A model generated the notes under the pieces. It ran no database searches and was not told the DNA's origin. It was given only the letters and a program-made list of their open reading frames with translations. Shown here one piece after another: positions 61,151 through 64,000 of a stretch of DNA of 64,000 nucleotides (the first letter of the stretch is position 1; every line of letters starts with the position of its first letter). This DNA is from Azolla caroliniana (taxonomy: Eukaryota; Plantae; Polypodiophyta), in assembly GCA_043228905.1 (NCBI GenBank), contig JBHGNT010000016.1, positions 6,510,001 to 6,574,000 on the forward strand, given 5' to 3'. Made by a program: the position numbers and the translations under genes.

Positions 61151-63631
61151 TTTGCTTGTGTTCCAAAGATGACATGGCATGTATTCTTTCTTCCTCTAAC
61201 AGTAATAAGGCTTCTTTCTGAATTCATTCCGACTACAGTTCATTTAATTTTTTAGTTGCTTCTATTCGGAGTGTCGGAATTTGAAATTCTACTGGCATTA
61301 CGACTTCTAATCCGAAATCCATTCGGAAAGGAGTTGATTTAATAGATGTTTTATAAGACGCCCGATATGCCCATAAAGCACTCTGAAGCTTTTGATCCTA
61401 ATCTGTACGATTTTCATTGACTATCTTTTTGAGTATTGTCTGCAGTGTTTTATTTGTCGATTCTGCTAATCCATTTGCTTGTGGATAGTAAGGAGTGCTC
61501 TTTTTATGAACCATTGCGTAATATGTGGATAGCTCATTTTATTAATAAAATGTGTACCTTGATCACTTACTAATTCTATCGGACACCCAAGTCGACACCA
61601 TATATTTTCGTACAAATTTTTTGCTGTTGATGGTGTCGTATTGTCCTTGAGATGTTTAGCTTCTGGTTATGATGTAACGATTACCTGTGCGTATGGCTGC
61701 TGGTTTAAATGAACCGACAAAATCCAATCCCCATTTTTGAAATGGCTCCAAAGGCAAAACAGGTTGGAAAGGCATTCTATCCTTTTCTGTGGGTTGCCCC
61801 AGTCTTTGACATAAATCACATTTTCGACAATAGTCCACTGCATCCTTCATTACTATCGGCCACCATAAGCCATTGTTCCATATTTTTCGGGTTGTAGTTT
61901 CTCCGGCATAATGACCACCTACAATACCACAATGAGATTCTCGCCGAATTATCGATTTCTCAAATTGTTGTACTGTCCTTCTCCAAATTCCGTCTGCACC
62001 TTTATGATAGAGAGTATCGTTCAAAAAACAGAAATTCTGACTATGAATGGCTAAACTTCTCCTTTTATCCGCCAATAGATGCTCAGATGGTAGCCCTGTT
62101 GTAAGACAGATTGTCATCTCCGAGATCCAAGCATCCTTGCCTTCCTTATTTATTTCTTGTACCGGTACTGCTTCCACTCGAAAGAGTTGTCCATCCGGAA
62201 AATCATCTGGCACACCTATGCCTTCTTCTCTCGACTCTAGTCGGCTAAGATAATCAACAATCTCATCATGTACTCCTGGCCGATGTAAAATGTCAAACTC
62301 CAATTCTTGCAATAATAATGTCCATCGTGCTAGCTTACTAGTTAATTCTTGTTTAGAGACTAAATAGAGAAGAGCATAATGATCGACATGGAATGTAAAT
62401 TTCTTGCCCAAAAGGTAGTGGCGAAATTTATTGATACTATAAATCATTCCTAACGCTTCCCTCTCGGTTGTTGAATAATTTCTTTCCGTTGTCGAGAGTT
62501 TTCGACTAGCGTAATACACTGGTCTATACCAGTTTGGTTTGGATAACTGCATAAGTGCACTGCCGATTGCTATATCAGATGCATCAACGAACACATGGAA
62601 GGGTTTATTCCAGTTAGGTGGTTGAACCACCGTAACTTTAGATAGCATTTTCTTGAGACACTCATACGCGTCTTGTTCCATAGTTGTCCATTGAAAAGGA
62701 ACTTTATGCACCGTTGTGTGTAGAGGAATGACAACATCCACAAGAAATCTAATCATCCTGCTATGCCATCTAATCTGCCCCAAGAACCGACTAAGGCCCT
62801 TAGCGTTTGTAGGTGTTGGTGCTTCTAATATGGTCCTAACCTTGTCTGGGTCAATTGCAATTCCTTCTTGGCCGACAATAGGGCCTAACAGTGTCCCATT
62901 AGTAACTCCGAACGTGCATTTTGCCGGATTCAAGCTAAGCCGACCTTTCTGACATTGCTCCAAACATAGTCGTAAATGTTTGAAATGTTCCACTTTCAGA
63001 CTATATACGGCAAAATCATCTAGGAAAACTTGCATAAATGCAGGAATGTATTCCACAAAGATTTCCTGTATAACCCTTTGAAATGTGGCCGGAGCTGTTT
63101 TTAATCCGAACATCATTACTACTGCCACAAATACTCCCCATTTAGTAACGAAGGCTATCTTCTCTTGATCCTCTGGATGCATCCTTACCTGATTATATCC
63201 ACTAAATCCATCCAGGAAACTGTACATTTCATGACTAGCGACTGCATCCGATATCCCATTCGTAAACGGTAATGGAAATGCGTCCGTTACTGTTGCTGCA
63301 TTTAGTTTTCGATAGTCGACGCATACTCAAAATTTTTCATTCTTTTTCCGAACAACTACAATCGGACTTAGCCATGTAGCTTTTATTACCGGTCAAATAA
63401 ACCCTACCTTCAGGAGTTTATCTATTTCCTCTTTAACTTTAATTGCCTAATTAGGATTTAAATGATACCTGCGTTGTTGAACTGGTTTTGCATATTTATG
63501 CAAGTTAATTTGGTGTTGCCAGAAAGCCGGATCTAGCCCTTTCATGTCTTCAAAAGACCAAGCAAAAACATCCTTATATTGCTTTAGAAACCCAAGTAAC
63601 CTTTGTTTATCCGCCACTCTCATATCTTTAG
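61151..63631 (-). pseudogene. Second copy of the Athila-like pol (RT-RH-IN)
   Basis: ORF 61656..63227 retains MMFGLKTAPATFQR and VFLDDF. Confidence 0.88.
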
Positions 63632-64000
63632 TGACGAGAAATATGCGGAATAATCTCCGGCCACAACTGAAGCGTAGATCACTTGATGACAATCAAACAC
63701 AGAAGAAATGGGGATGGAGGTAAGTACACAAACAAAAAGAGAATACACAGAATGTTAACGTGGAAAACCCTGACAGGGAAAAACCACGGGAGTCCACAGA
63801 CTCCAAACTATCACTATGTCAAGGAGTACAACAGGCAGCACAGAGGCAACGACCTCTTGCTTACAATCTTCGCCTGGCGGCGGTTACAACAGAGACATGC
63901 TATGTATCAGTCACTCACTCACACACACTCTCTCTCTCGGTACAGTCATTACACCAATTACACTATACAAAGATAATAACAACAACTATCGTTATACACA
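63632..64000 (-). mobile_element. Copia LTR related to the 24520-32350 family, running off the window
   Basis: Reverse complement shares GAGGTCGTTGCCTCTG, CATAGTGATAGTTTG and GGGTTTTCCACGT with LTR1-3; absent at the equivalent site 35675. Confidence 0.8.

Larger units (their letters stand above)
53083..63631 (+). repeat. Segmental direct duplicate of 2771-35675 with large indels
   Basis: Colinear blocks: 53083-53270~2771-2958; 53267-58388~5003-10116; 58387-60174~22729-24519; 60175-63631~32356-35675. Confidence 0.95.

Overview
Eukaryotic, plant nuclear DNA, most likely a fern (inferred from the style of a PLS-type PPR remnant and the retroelement mix), made almost entirely of nested retrotransposons. 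No intact host gene is visible. Contents: several copies of a tRNA-Trp-primed Ty3/gypsy lineage with 4-bp target duplications; an L1 LINE and an RTE-X-like LINE; a three-LTR Tnt1/Tork-like copia; an Athila-like gypsy; further copia fragments; and a very young chromovirus (45809-52824, LTRs identical by eye). Host-gene debris: a PPR remnant and a 5' fragment of a leukotriene-A4-hydrolase-like M1 aminopeptidase that the ORF track misses. Region 53083-63631 is a diverged, deletion-bearing second copy of 2771-35675. The most unusual element is the ~1.6-kb leader of the young chromovirus. It is densely packed with stem-loops, carries a five-unit array of hairpins with a shared apical motif, and is bracketed by a candidate splice donor and a strong acceptor 12 nt upstream of the gag ATG. 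All comparisons were made by eye; no alignment, folding or database search was run.
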